From assembly GCA_963662665.2 (NCBI GenBank), contig CAXXJS010000020.1, positions 96,001-160,000 on the forward strand: a DNA stretch of 64,000 nucleotides, read 5' to 3'. This DNA comes from Candidatus Latescibacterota bacterium (GTDB lineage: Bacteria; Latescibacterota; UBA2968; GCA-2709665). The first letter of the stretch is position 1. Each line of letters opens with the position of its first letter. The notes beneath the pieces are model-generated. The model saw only the letters and a program-made list of their open reading frames with translations. It had not been told where the DNA came from and made no database searches. The position numbers and the translations under genes were made by a program. Of the stretch, positions 49,089-58,515 are shown piece by piece.

Positions 49089-50144
49089 ATGTCATTTCAA
49101 TTCAGTCAATCCGGGCAGCCGGTACGGGATCTTCCCGTACTGGGTATTGAGACCTCGTGTGACGAAACGGCTGCCGCTGTGGTGGCCGGTGGCCGAATTC
49201 TGTCCAACGTCATTTTCTCCCAGACGGAACACAGTCTGTATGGCGGTGTGGTTCCCGAACTCGCGTCACGGAACCACGTGCGCAAGATCGTCCCGGTAGT
49301 ACGCGAGGCGCTGCGCCAGGCCGGATGCGGGCTGAATGAACTCGGCGGAATCGCGGTCACCCGCGGACCGGGCCTTACGGGGTGCCTGCTGGTCGGTATC
49401 TCAACCGCCAGGGGGCTTGCGCTTGGCAGTGGCCGCCCGCTGATCGGCGTCCATCATATCGAGGGACATCTCTTCGCCGGACTGCTGGGGGATCCCGGTT
49501 TGCGCACCCCGTTTCTGGCCCTGGTGATTTCCGGCGGCCATACCCAGCTGATCCACGTGCGCCGCTGGGGTCTGTACGAAATCTGTGGTGAAACAAGGGA
49601 CGATGCAGCGGGCGAAGCTTTCGACAAGGTGGCCAAGATGCTGGACGTGTTGAAGCCGGGCGAGACCACGATGGGCGGGCCGGTGATAGCCGAACTCGCG
49701 GAACGGGGTGACGCAGGTGCAATTGCGTTTCCGCGAGGGCTGCGGCGTCAGGACGGATTCGAGTTCAGCTTCAGCGGGATCAAGACATCGGTCCTCTATC
49801 ACCTCAAGAGCCGTTCTGAAGCCGACGTGAACGCCGAGCGCGCTGATATAGCGGCAAGCTTCCAGGCCGCGGTAGTCGACGTGCTCGTGGAAAAGACGAT
49901 GAAAGCGGCACGCGCTCTGGATCTGGGGAGGATACTGTTGACGGGCGGGGTTGCAGCGAATCGGCGGTTGCGGGCGGAAATGGAGCGCGCCGCCAGCGAA
50001 GACGGTGTTGACGTCTGCTTTCCGCCGCCGGTTCTATGCACGGACAACGCGGCGATGATCGCCCACGCTGGCGCCTTCCGGCTGGGCAGGGGCGAGCGAT
50101 CCTGGCGGAATCTGGATGCGGATCCGAGAATGAGGCTGGTCTGA
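49089..50144 (+). CDS. tsaD: tRNA N6-threonylcarbamoyltransferase
   Basis: LGIETSCDET, YGGVVPELASRNH, HHIEGH, SGGHT, DDAAGEAFDK and CTDNAAMI motifs. Confidence 0.96.
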   Translation: MSFQFSQSGQPVRDLPVLGIETSCDETAAAVVAGGRILSNVIFSQTEHSLYGGVVPELASRNHVRKIVPVVREALRQAGCGLNELGGIAVTRGPGLTGCLLVGISTARGLALGSGRPLIGVHHIEGHLFAGLLGDPGLRTPFLALVISGGHTQLIHVRRWGLYEICGETRDDAAGEAFDKVAKMLDVLKPGETTMGGPVIAELAERGDAGAIAFPRGLRRQDGFEFSFSGIKTSVLYHLKSRSEADVNAERADIAASFQAAVVDVLVEKTMKAARALDLGRILLTGGVAANRRLRAEMERAASEDGVDVCFPPPVLCTDNAAMIAHAGAFRLGRGERSWRNLDADPRMRLV

Positions 50145-50147
50145 GCC

Positions 50148-52310
50148 ATGTTCCAATTGTCCGATCTGGATCTGAGCTTGAGCGATGGATTGTTGCTGGG
50201 TTTGCTCGCGCCGGTCTGTGTTTACCTGGCCTGGCAGGTGTATAGCGTCCGAAAAAATGGTTTCCCCCTGGTACGGTGGTTGCTTGTATTGCGTTGCATA
50301 GCGTTTCTTCTTCTGCTGACGCTGATGATGGAACCCGTTCTGGCGCTCACGATGCGGCGCGAGCGCAAGCCGCTTGTTGCTGTACTCGTGGACGACAGTG
50401 AGAGTATGCGCATCGAGGATGACGGTCTGAGGCGGGGCGATCTCGCGGTTGGCCTCTTGAAGAGCGGTGTGTTCGAAGAACTGGAAACGCGCGCCCGGGT
50501 GGCCTGGTATCGTTTTTCCGAGTGGATGGGGCCCGTGGCGCCAGCGGGCGTGGACTCACTGCGCTTCGACGGGCGGGCAACGGACCTGGCTGCGGCGCTG
50601 AATATGCTGCGCGACGAGACGGCTGGCGAGGGATTGGTCGCGGCGGTGTTGATTTCCGACGGCGCTCACAACCTCGGTGCAAGGCCGGAACGGGCTGCCC
50701 TCGAGCTGGGCGCGCCCGTGTTTGCGGTGGGCGTGGGGAAGGCGGATGCGCCGAAGGACGTGGCGATCGTTTCCGCCGTTTGCGATCCGATGGTATACGT
50801 GGGTCGACCGCTTTCGATTTCGGTGGGGCTGAAGTCGAGCGGATGCGAGGGCGCTAAATCGTTGCTGGTTGTCGAAGAGGACGGACGCCGGGTTGCCGCG
50901 GCGCCTGTCACGTTGTTGGACGGCGAGCAGGAGGTCCGGTTTTCCGTCTCACCCGATCGGGCCGGAAGGCGGGTATACCGGATTCATATCGCCTCGGAAC
51001 CGGCGGAACGTTCGAACGAGAACAACACCGCCGTCGTTTCCGCTGAGGTTATCGAGAGCCGCCTGCGCGTTCAGATGTTCGCGGGTTCCCCCAGTGCGGA
51101 TCTCGCCTATGTGCGCCGGTTGCTGGAGGCCAACGAGAATCTGCAAGTGGAGGTGCTCGTCAGCCGCAGGACGGGCGAGTGGCCCTTTCAGATGCGGTCG
51201 GTACTGACCGAACCGGGCGACCTCGTCGTCCTGTTCGATCTTCCCGGGGAAATGCTGTCGGGGCAATCCGGCCGCAGGCTGGCCGAATTCGTAGAAAAGG
51301 GCGGTGCGTTGCTCGTGGTGGGTGGACGGGCGGGACTCAACGGGGCATACGCGCGGTCGCCAATTTCGCGGGTCTTGCCGATCCTGTGTTCTCCGAACGC
51401 GAGTACGTACCGGGAGGCATCATTCCGGCTTGCGTTGTCACGGTCCGGAACTTTGCATCCCATTCTTAGGGTTTCGGACGACCCGCTGGGGGACCGGCAG
51501 GCCTGGGATGATCTGCCGCCGCTTCTGGCCTTCAATGTGAATAGGGGTCTTCGAAGAGACGCCGAAGCCCTGATCTACCATCCGATCGAAACGACGGGCG
51601 GCGAAAAGATGCCTCTTGTTTCGTTGGGTCGCGCGGGCGCGGGCAAGGTAATGGCCGTGGCGGTCAGGACGTTCTGGCGGCTCGGTCTCATGATGTGGGG
51701 CGTGGGGAAGAACGACGAGGTTTCGAAGGCATTCTGGGCAAATTCCGTACAGTGGCTGGTAAAACGCGAGGACGTGGACCGGGTTCAGGTGGAAGTGGAC
51801 AAGCCGGTTTATCGCAGCGGCGCTCCCGTGACGTTCCACGCCCGTGTCTTCAGCGAATTGCTTCAACCGCAGGAAGGCGCCCGCGTGGTGCTTTCTGTGA
51901 TGGATGAGGACCGCGTGCGGCGGACGATTCTGGAAGATGTGGGTCAGGGACGCTATCGGGGGCAATTGAAGGCGGGCGCTCAGGGAGATTATGAGTTTGA
52001 AGTACGGGCTCAAGAGGGCGGCGTAGATCTTGGCAACGGCGCCGGAAGGTTTACCGTTGGCCGGTACAGTCTGGAATTCGAAGACATGCGAATGAACCGG
52101 GATCTTTTGGGAAATCTGGCCGCGCAAAGCGGGGGCGCCTATACGGCGCCGGATCGCCTGGGTGCGGTTCTGAGCGATCTGGACCTTGCGCCGCAGCCGC
52201 TGACGGAGTCGTACCGGACCCGGCTGTGGGGGAGACCGTGGCCGCTCTTCGTTCTTATCGGGCTCCTTGGCGTGGAATGGACGGCCAGACGCAGATGGGG
52301 AATGATATGA
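50148..52310 (+). CDS. Membrane-anchored vWA-domain protein with glutamine-amidotransferase-like domain
   Basis: N-terminal TMs, MIDAS-like DDSESM...TDL...ISDG, an Ig-like ENN segment, GGALLVVGG and C-terminal EW..RR..G. Confidence 0.75.
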   Translation: MFQLSDLDLSLSDGLLLGLLAPVCVYLAWQVYSVRKNGFPLVRWLLVLRCIAFLLLLTLMMEPVLALTMRRERKPLVAVLVDDSESMRIEDDGLRRGDLAVGLLKSGVFEELETRARVAWYRFSEWMGPVAPAGVDSLRFDGRATDLAAALNMLRDETAGEGLVAAVLISDGAHNLGARPERAALELGAPVFAVGVGKADAPKDVAIVSAVCDPMVYVGRPLSISVGLKSSGCEGAKSLLVVEEDGRRVAAAPVTLLDGEQEVRFSVSPDRAGRRVYRIHIASEPAERSNENNTAVVSAEVIESRLRVQMFAGSPSADLAYVRRLLEANENLQVEVLVSRRTGEWPFQMRSVLTEPGDLVVLFDLPGEMLSGQSGRRLAEFVEKGGALLVVGGRAGLNGAYARSPISRVLPILCSPNASTYREASFRLALSRSGTLHPILRVSDDPLGDRQAWDDLPPLLAFNVNRGLRRDAEALIYHPIETTGGEKMPLVSLGRAGAGKVMAVAVRTFWRLGLMMWGVGKNDEVSKAFWANSVQWLVKREDVDRVQVEVDKPVYRSGAPVTFHARVFSELLQPQEGARVVLSVMDEDRVRRTILEDVGQGRYRGQLKAGAQGDYEFEVRAQEGGVDLGNGAGRFTVGRYSLEFEDMRMNRDLLGNLAAQSGGAYTAPDRLGAVLSDLDLAPQPLTESYRTRLWGRPWPLFVLIGLLGVEWTARRRWGMI

Positions 52311-54004
52311 AAAGGCGCGCGCCGGGCCGGCGGACCGGAATTCATGGCAGTTGGATCGGGCCAATCGCAGCAAGCCTCATCGTGCTTCTGTCGGTTCTGG
52401 TTCCAGGCGGCCGGGCGGCGGGTCGCGTGGTGATCAGCGAGGTGATGTTCGATCCCGCGGGCAGTGAGTTTTACGACGAGTTTATCGAGATACGGAATAC
52501 CGGCCGCGAGCCGGTGGATCTGGCCGGATGGCGGGCGGGAGACGGCGAAGAGGCGGACGCGCTGGTCTTTGAAAACGGAGAGACCGTGCTACTCCCGGGG
52601 GCATTCGGATTGATTCTGGATTCCGGGTATTTTGCGCATTCGAACCAATACGATCCACTACCCGGGTCGGCGTTGATTCTCACGGTGGCGGACGCCACCC
52701 TGGGGAACTCCGGACTGAGTAATTCCACGCCGGAGCGGGTCGTTCTGGTTTCGTCTTCCGGCGATACCGTTGGCGCGATGGTCTACACAACCGGAAACAA
52801 ACCCGGGTTTTCAGAGGAGAAAGTGGACCCCACGGGCGGCGACGGACCTGAGAACTGGGCGGATTCGCGGTGGGAGGGTGGGACACCGGGTCGCGTCAAC
52901 AGCGTGAGTCCCAAAGACAACGACCTGGCGCTGGCGAGGGTCTCGGAATCGCCGTTTCCGGTTCCGGCAGGCGTCGCGCGGGATTTCATCCTGGAGGTGG
53001 TGAACCGGGGGCGGCGGCCGGCATCGGCGTTTTCCGTGAGGGTGAGGGGTATAGCCCCGTGGCATCGGGATTTCCCGGGCCTGGGGCCCGCGGATCTTCT
53101 CCGGATTGAAACGCCAATTGGAAACGTGCCGCCCGGACAGCACGAGTATGCGGCTGCGATTGTGTTCGATGCCGACGAGGATACGTCGAACAACCGGGTG
53201 ACCTGGAAGGTGGTAGGCGGCGTCAGTGCCGGGGCAGTGGTTGTGAACGAAGTGATGGTTTCTCCGGGCGAGGGGGATCCCGAGTGGGTGGAACTCCACA
53301 ACCGTTCCGGGCGGACGCTGGACGTGACCGGGTGGAAAATCCAGGACGCGAGGTCTGCGGGCGAGGTTTTCGGCCGTGAGTCGCTGAAACTGCAACCGGA
53401 CGGATACCTGATTGTGGCTGAGGACGTCGAAGGGTTCTACAGCCGGTTTGTCGATCGGACCGTACCGGTTGTTGCCCCCCTGCGGTGGGCTCGACTGAAC
53501 GACAGCGGAGACATCGTGGTCGTGCGCGATGCTACGGGTGCGATTGTGGATCGGATGGCATACGATCAGGCAGTTTTCGCTGGTAGGTCGCTCGAACGGA
53601 TTTCGGTATCCGGATTGAGCGATGACGCCCGGAATTGGCTGTCAAGTACCCACGAGGACGGCGCGACGCCGGGACGCGAAAACAGTGTGGCGCTGCAAAG
53701 CGGCATCGATGCCGTCCAGATCCTGGCGGCGCCCAATCCCTTTTACGATCGAGTGGAAATACGCTATCTTCTTCCGGCCCCTCACGCGGACGTAAATCTG
53801 TGGGTGTACGACAGATCCGGCCATCCGGTAAAAACGCTCCTCAACGCCGCTACCGGCGGCAGCCAGCGAAGCGTGACGTGGGACGGGATGGATGAAGACG
53901 GAGCCCGGTTGAAGCCGGGAATTTACATCTTATTTTTGGAGACGTCGCTCGAAGGCCGTATCTTTAGGACGAAAGCCCCTATTGTACTGGCGCGAGGACT
54001 CTAG
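52307..54004 (+). CDS. Secreted lamin-tail-domain protein with C-terminal FlgD-Ig domain
   Basis: Signal peptide, two LTD repeats (ISEVMFDP...EFIEI.N..GTPG..NS; VNEVM...EWVEL.N..ATPG..NS) and a C-terminal PNPF...VYD..G..V....WDG.D..G....GIY. Confidence 0.8.
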   Translation: MKRRAPGRRTGIHGSWIGPIAASLIVLLSVLVPGGRAAGRVVISEVMFDPAGSEFYDEFIEIRNTGREPVDLAGWRAGDGEEADALVFENGETVLLPGAFGLILDSGYFAHSNQYDPLPGSALILTVADATLGNSGLSNSTPERVVLVSSSGDTVGAMVYTTGNKPGFSEEKVDPTGGDGPENWADSRWEGGTPGRVNSVSPKDNDLALARVSESPFPVPAGVARDFILEVVNRGRRPASAFSVRVRGIAPWHRDFPGLGPADLLRIETPIGNVPPGQHEYAAAIVFDADEDTSNNRVTWKVVGGVSAGAVVVNEVMVSPGEGDPEWVELHNRSGRTLDVTGWKIQDARSAGEVFGRESLKLQPDGYLIVAEDVEGFYSRFVDRTVPVVAPLRWARLNDSGDIVVVRDATGAIVDRMAYDQAVFAGRSLERISVSGLSDDARNWLSSTHEDGATPGRENSVALQSGIDAVQILAAPNPFYDRVEIRYLLPAPHADVNLWVYDRSGHPVKTLLNAATGGSQRSVTWDGMDEDGARLKPGIYILFLETSLEGRIFRTKAPIVLARGL

Positions 54005-54040
54005 AAGTACAGGAGAATCCCCGGCGAGGGTAGCCCATCT

Positions 54041-56434
54041 ATGAGAAACGAACCGAACGAAGTAAGGGAGGATCCGCAGCATGAACCGGATCTGGTGAGT
54101 CAGGTCTGCGGCGTGCTGCTGTTCGCGGTAGCGCTTTTGTTGTTGGTCAGCCTGGTTACGCATTCACCGCAAGATCCCCCGAATTCGAGCCGCGCACCGG
54201 AACTGACGGAGAATATGGCCGGGTGGATCGGCAGCCAGATCTCCTACTATCTTCTGTTTGCCGTGGGCCACGGCGCTTTCGTGCTGGCAGGTATCGTTAT
54301 GACGTGGGGATGGAATCGTTTCAGAAACCTTCCCGCCTTGCCTCTTGTCTCCCGTAGCCTGGCATTGCTGGCCATGGTGGTTGTCTATTGCGGCGCTACG
54401 GGCGTTCCTTCGCGAGGAGAAGCCCATCTGGCGTTCCTGATGGGCGGTTGGCTGGGGGTTACACTGGCATCCAGGATCCTCGTCCCCTATCTGGGTTTCG
54501 TCGGGTCGTACATACTCTTAAGCGCATTCTTTCTGGTGTTTTTCATGATGCTGACCCGCCTCCCCTTTTCCCGTATTCCTGATATGTTGACGGCCGGCGC
54601 ATGGCGAATTCAGTCGGGAATCAGCGCCAGGTCAGCACGTCGGCGCCTCGCGCGGCGGCAGAGGAAGGAAAGGCGTGAAACGGAACGTGATGGGTCCGTC
54701 CTGCCAGCGGTTGTGGAAGAAGCCGGTAGCGAGGTTGAATCCGAGCCGATCGTCGACGCCGACGCCCCGGAGCCATTTTCCTTGAACGAAGACGACATGG
54801 ATGAACCGGATGAACGGGATGAACCTGATGAACTCTCTGAGCCGGATGAGCCGGAAGAGAGACCTGCGGTTACGCTCGATCCGGACATCGTTGCCGACCC
54901 CGCTGAAATCGCCAGGTCGACCGGCCGGAAGCCGAAGGCGGAGCATCGGCGAGACGAAGACTTGCCGTATCAATTGCCCGATCCGCAGTTGCTGAATGAG
55001 GCCGTGCAAGAGGAAGAGGGACCCGACCGGTCGTTTTTGCTGGAAGGTGCGCAGACCCTGGAACACAGCCTCAGCAGTTTTGGCATCGAGGGCAAGGTGG
55101 TACAGGTGAATCCGGGTCCCGTAATCACCGGATACGAGGTGCAGCCGCCTCGCGGTGTGAAAGTGAACCGTATTGTCAATCTCTCGGACGACCTCGCTCT
55201 GGTGATGAAAGCGCGGAGCATCCGGATTCAGGCGCCCATTCCCGGCAAGGCGGCGGTGGGAATAGAGGTGCCGAATGCGAATCCTTTAACCGTCTTCCTG
55301 CGGGAGATACTGGAATCCGATGCCTTTCAGGGCGCCGATGACAAGCTGATGCTGGCGCTGGGGAAGTCGGCTACCGGAGAATCCGTCTGTACGAACCTGG
55401 CTTCCATGCCGCACCTGTTGATCGCCGGCGCCACGGGTAGCGGAAAGTCGGTATGTATCAACGTACTCATCACCAGCATTCTCGTGCGGTGCAGCCCCGA
55501 GGAAGTCCGTTTCATCATGGTGGATCCGAAGATGCTGGAACTGTCGATTTACAACAGTATTCCACATCTGCTGGCGCCGGTCGTCACGGAACCCCAGAAG
55601 GCGTCCGAAGCGCTGAGGTGGGCCGTGGCGGAGATGGAAGACCGTTATCGAAACCTGGCGCAGTACAACGTGCGGAATATCACAGATTTCAATAACAAAC
55701 TGGAGAAGATGCGGGCGGATGCGGAGACCGAAGAAGACCGGCAGGAAGTTCCACCGCTGTTGCCCTATATCGTGGTTGTGGTGGACGAACTCGCGGACCT
55801 GATGATGATGGCGCCCGCGGATATCGAGGATTCGCTGGCGCGGTTGGCGCAGATGGCGCGAGCGGTCGGCATCCATCTGATCCTGGCGACACAGCGGCCG
55901 TCGGTCAATGTGATTACGGGAACGATCAAGGCGAACTTCCCGTCGCGCATCGCGTTTCGCGTCGCGTCCAAGGTGGACTCGCGTACTATTCTGGATTGCA
56001 ACGGCGCCGAAAAGCTTCTGGGCCGCGGCGACATGCTTTTCATGCCTGCGGGCAAACCGGAGCCCGTGCGAGTCCACGGTGCGAACATGACAACCGAAGA
56101 GACGGAACGTCTGGTGGAATGGGTGAGCGGCCAGGGCGTGGAACTCGGGCAACTGGACCTGGGCGTGGACGAAAACGAACTGATGCTTTCCGAGGCCACT
56201 CGCGACAAGCGGTTCGACGAGGCGCTTCGTCTGGTCGTTACGCACCAGCAGGGTTCGGCCTCACTGCTTCAGCGTCGTATGAAAGTGGGTTATGCACGTG
56301 CCGCTCGTCTGGTGGATGAACTGGAGCAGGCTGGAATTGTCGGCCCGTCGGACGGGAGCAGCAAGGGCCGTGAGGTGCTGGTTGGCGTCGAGTATCTGGA
56401 CCGGCACGAAGAGGATGAACTGGATGCCGTGTAA
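54041..56434 (+). CDS. ftsK: DNA translocase FtsK
   Basis: N-terminal TMs, MPHLLIAGATGSGKS, VVDELADLM, LATQRPS and gamma domain SLLQRRMKVGYARAARL. Confidence 0.96.
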   Translation: MRNEPNEVREDPQHEPDLVSQVCGVLLFAVALLLLVSLVTHSPQDPPNSSRAPELTENMAGWIGSQISYYLLFAVGHGAFVLAGIVMTWGWNRFRNLPALPLVSRSLALLAMVVVYCGATGVPSRGEAHLAFLMGGWLGVTLASRILVPYLGFVGSYILLSAFFLVFFMMLTRLPFSRIPDMLTAGAWRIQSGISARSARRRLARRQRKERRETERDGSVLPAVVEEAGSEVESEPIVDADAPEPFSLNEDDMDEPDERDEPDELSEPDEPEERPAVTLDPDIVADPAEIARSTGRKPKAEHRRDEDLPYQLPDPQLLNEAVQEEEGPDRSFLLEGAQTLEHSLSSFGIEGKVVQVNPGPVITGYEVQPPRGVKVNRIVNLSDDLALVMKARSIRIQAPIPGKAAVGIEVPNANPLTVFLREILESDAFQGADDKLMLALGKSATGESVCTNLASMPHLLIAGATGSGKSVCINVLITSILVRCSPEEVRFIMVDPKMLELSIYNSIPHLLAPVVTEPQKASEALRWAVAEMEDRYRNLAQYNVRNITDFNNKLEKMRADAETEEDRQEVPPLLPYIVVVVDELADLMMMAPADIEDSLARLAQMARAVGIHLILATQRPSVNVITGTIKANFPSRIAFRVASKVDSRTILDCNGAEKLLGRGDMLFMPAGKPEPVRVHGANMTTEETERLVEWVSGQGVELGQLDLGVDENELMLSEATRDKRFDEALRLVVTHQQGSASLLQRRMKVGYARAARLVDELEQAGIVGPSDGSSKGREVLVGVEYLDRHEEDELDAV

Positions 56435-56524
56435 AATCCGTGCAGCGAAACGTGCGGGGCGCGGTACGGTGGACGGGACAGCGCCCTGCGTCCTTTTGAC
56501 GGCGGGTTACAGGAGGTGACTCGC

Positions 56525-57184
56525 GTGGATGCCGGACGGCTCAAATGTCTTTTTTTTGTCTTCGTGATCCTGATTCCCGCGGACCTCCGGGCCATCGACG
56601 GGCGGGAGGTGATTCGCCGGCAGCAGCAGCGATATGAAAAACTCACGAGTATTTCCGCCCGGTTCACGAAAACCCACTACTGGAAACTCGTGGACCAGAA
56701 GACGAAGCTGAGTGGCAACCTGTACGTGCGGAAACCGAATCAGTTTCGATTCGAGTCACGCGTCCAGACGGTGGTTTCGGATGGAGCGAGCGCCTGGAAC
56801 TATACGCCGGAGAATGAGCAGGTTTTGCTGAGCAGCTACGATCGGGCAAAAGGCGACAGGAGTTACGAAAAGCTGCTCTTCGACCTCATTCTGCTGGGCG
56901 GGTACGAAGATCGTTACGTGCCCCGGCTTGCCGGAGAGGAACGCGTCGACGGCAGTCGCTGTTATCGCGTGGAATTGACGGCCCGCGTGACAGAGAGCTA
57001 TATCGCCCGGGTCACGCTGTGGGTCGACAGGAAGCTCTGGCTGGTCCGCCGGGCTGAATACCTTAATTTGAACGAAGATGTAACCACGTACGATATTTCC
57101 CGGTTGAAGGTCGATGGGAAACTGAAGCCGGATTTGTTCACTTTCGTGCCGCCGGTGGACGTCGAGGTGATCGATTTGAGGTGA
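56525..57184 (+). CDS. lolA: Outer-membrane lipoprotein carrier protein
   Basis: G.L...KPN.FR, VVSDG...W.Y.P...QV and F.F.PP..V.V.D motifs, ftsK-lolA synteny, and AGGAGG before GTG 56525. Confidence 0.85.
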   Translation: MDAGRLKCLFFVFVILIPADLRAIDGREVIRRQQQRYEKLTSISARFTKTHYWKLVDQKTKLSGNLYVRKPNQFRFESRVQTVVSDGASAWNYTPENEQVLLSSYDRAKGDRSYEKLLFDLILLGGYEDRYVPRLAGEERVDGSRCYRVELTARVTESYIARVTLWVDRKLWLVRRAEYLNLNEDVTTYDISRLKVDGKLKPDLFTFVPPVDVEVIDLR

Positions 57185-57278
57185 ACCGGCCTGCCTGCTG
57201 AAACGTGCAAGGCGGGCGGATGAACGGTGACATATTTCAGGGCGGGACTTGTTCCAACACTGAAAGGAGTTGACGTCT

Positions 57279-58395
57279 ATGCCTGTCGATATGAAATTTA
57301 CGGATCTGAAGTCCGGGCTGGCCGAATGCCGCGACCGGCTGGAAAATCTCCGGAGGTACCTTTGACCTGGAATCCAGGGTAGCCCGGATCGCCGAACTGG
57401 AAAGGCTGATGGAGCGTCCGGGATTCTGGGATGATCGGGAACGGGCCCGGCAGATCATCGATGAAGTGAATGGCCATAAGGATTGGGTCACCGGGTGGCA
57501 GGGGCTGGATGAGCGCCTCGAGGAACTGGATGAGTTGTACCATCTCGCCCGGGAAGAGGACGACGAAGAGACGTTGCTGGATCTCCGGAGGGAACACAGG
57601 TCGCTGGGCGGGGCCCTTGAAGAGCTGGAGTTCCGGCACATGATGCGCGGGAAGGAGGATCGCCTGAACGCGATCCTTACGATTCATCCCGGTGCGGGCG
57701 GTACCGAGTCGGCCGATTGGGCGCAGATGCTGATGAGGATGTACAGCCGATGGGCCGAACGCCGCGGCTTTCAGGCTGATGTGCTGGATCTGCTTCCGGG
57801 GGAAACGGCGGGTATCAAGAGCGTGGCCATCGAGATGAAGGGAGATTACGTTTACGGTTACCTCAAGTCTGAAATGGGCGTGCATCGATTGGTTCGGCTC
57901 TCCCCGTTCGATTCCGGCCGCAGGCGGCATACGTCGTTCGCATCGGTTTCGGTATACCCCGAGGCGGAGGGGGATATCGAGGTGGAAATCCAGCAGGAGG
58001 ATATCCGCGTGGATACCTATCGCTCCAGCGGGGCAGGCGGACAGCACGTTAACAAGACCGATTCGGCCGTACGGATTACGCACCATCCGACGGGCATCGT
58101 GGTTCAGTGTCAGAACGAACGGTCGCAACACAAGAATCGAAATTCCGCGATGAAGATCCTCAAGGCCAGGCTGTACCAGCACTATAAGGAAGAGGAAGAG
58201 AAAGCCCGCGCGGAAATCGAGAAGAGCAAGAAAAAGATCGAATTCGGAAGCCAGGTCCGGAATTACGTATTTCATCCCTATCAGCTCGTCAAAGACCTCC
58301 GGACCGAGTTCGAAACATCCGGTGTGCAGGACGTTATGGACGGCGGTCTGGACGGATTCATGCGGGCGTTTCTCGAGCAGGGAGGAGAGGCGTGA
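57279..58395 (+). CDS. prfB: Peptide chain release factor 2 (programmed +1 frameshift)
   Basis: Frame 0 from ATG 57279 ends in CTT TGA (57360-57365). The +1 frame continues GAC... to the SPF and GGQ motifs. Confidence 0.96.
57352..57366 (+). promoter_or_regulatory. prfB autoregulatory frameshift site
   Basis: Internal SD-like GGAGG three bases before CTTTGAC. Confidence 0.93.
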
Positions 58396-58412
58396 CCGCA
58401 GGGGCAAAGGGC

Positions 58413-58441
58413 TTGACTTCCCTATCTGTATTGATTATTAT
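58413..58441 (+). promoter_or_regulatory. sigma70-type promoter for lysS
   Basis: TTGACT-17 bp-TATTAT. Confidence 0.6.
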
Positions 58442-58515
58442 ATTTTCGACTGTCGTACCCGGCGGCTGGCAGTAAAAAATCAACCGGTTATTTTTTTATG
58501 TCAGGAGGAATCCGT

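Noticed and set aside
57279-57409. prfB as a frameshifted pseudogene or a novel recoding event
   Set aside because: This is the canonical SD plus CTT-TGA-C programmed +1 frameshift, which is well known.
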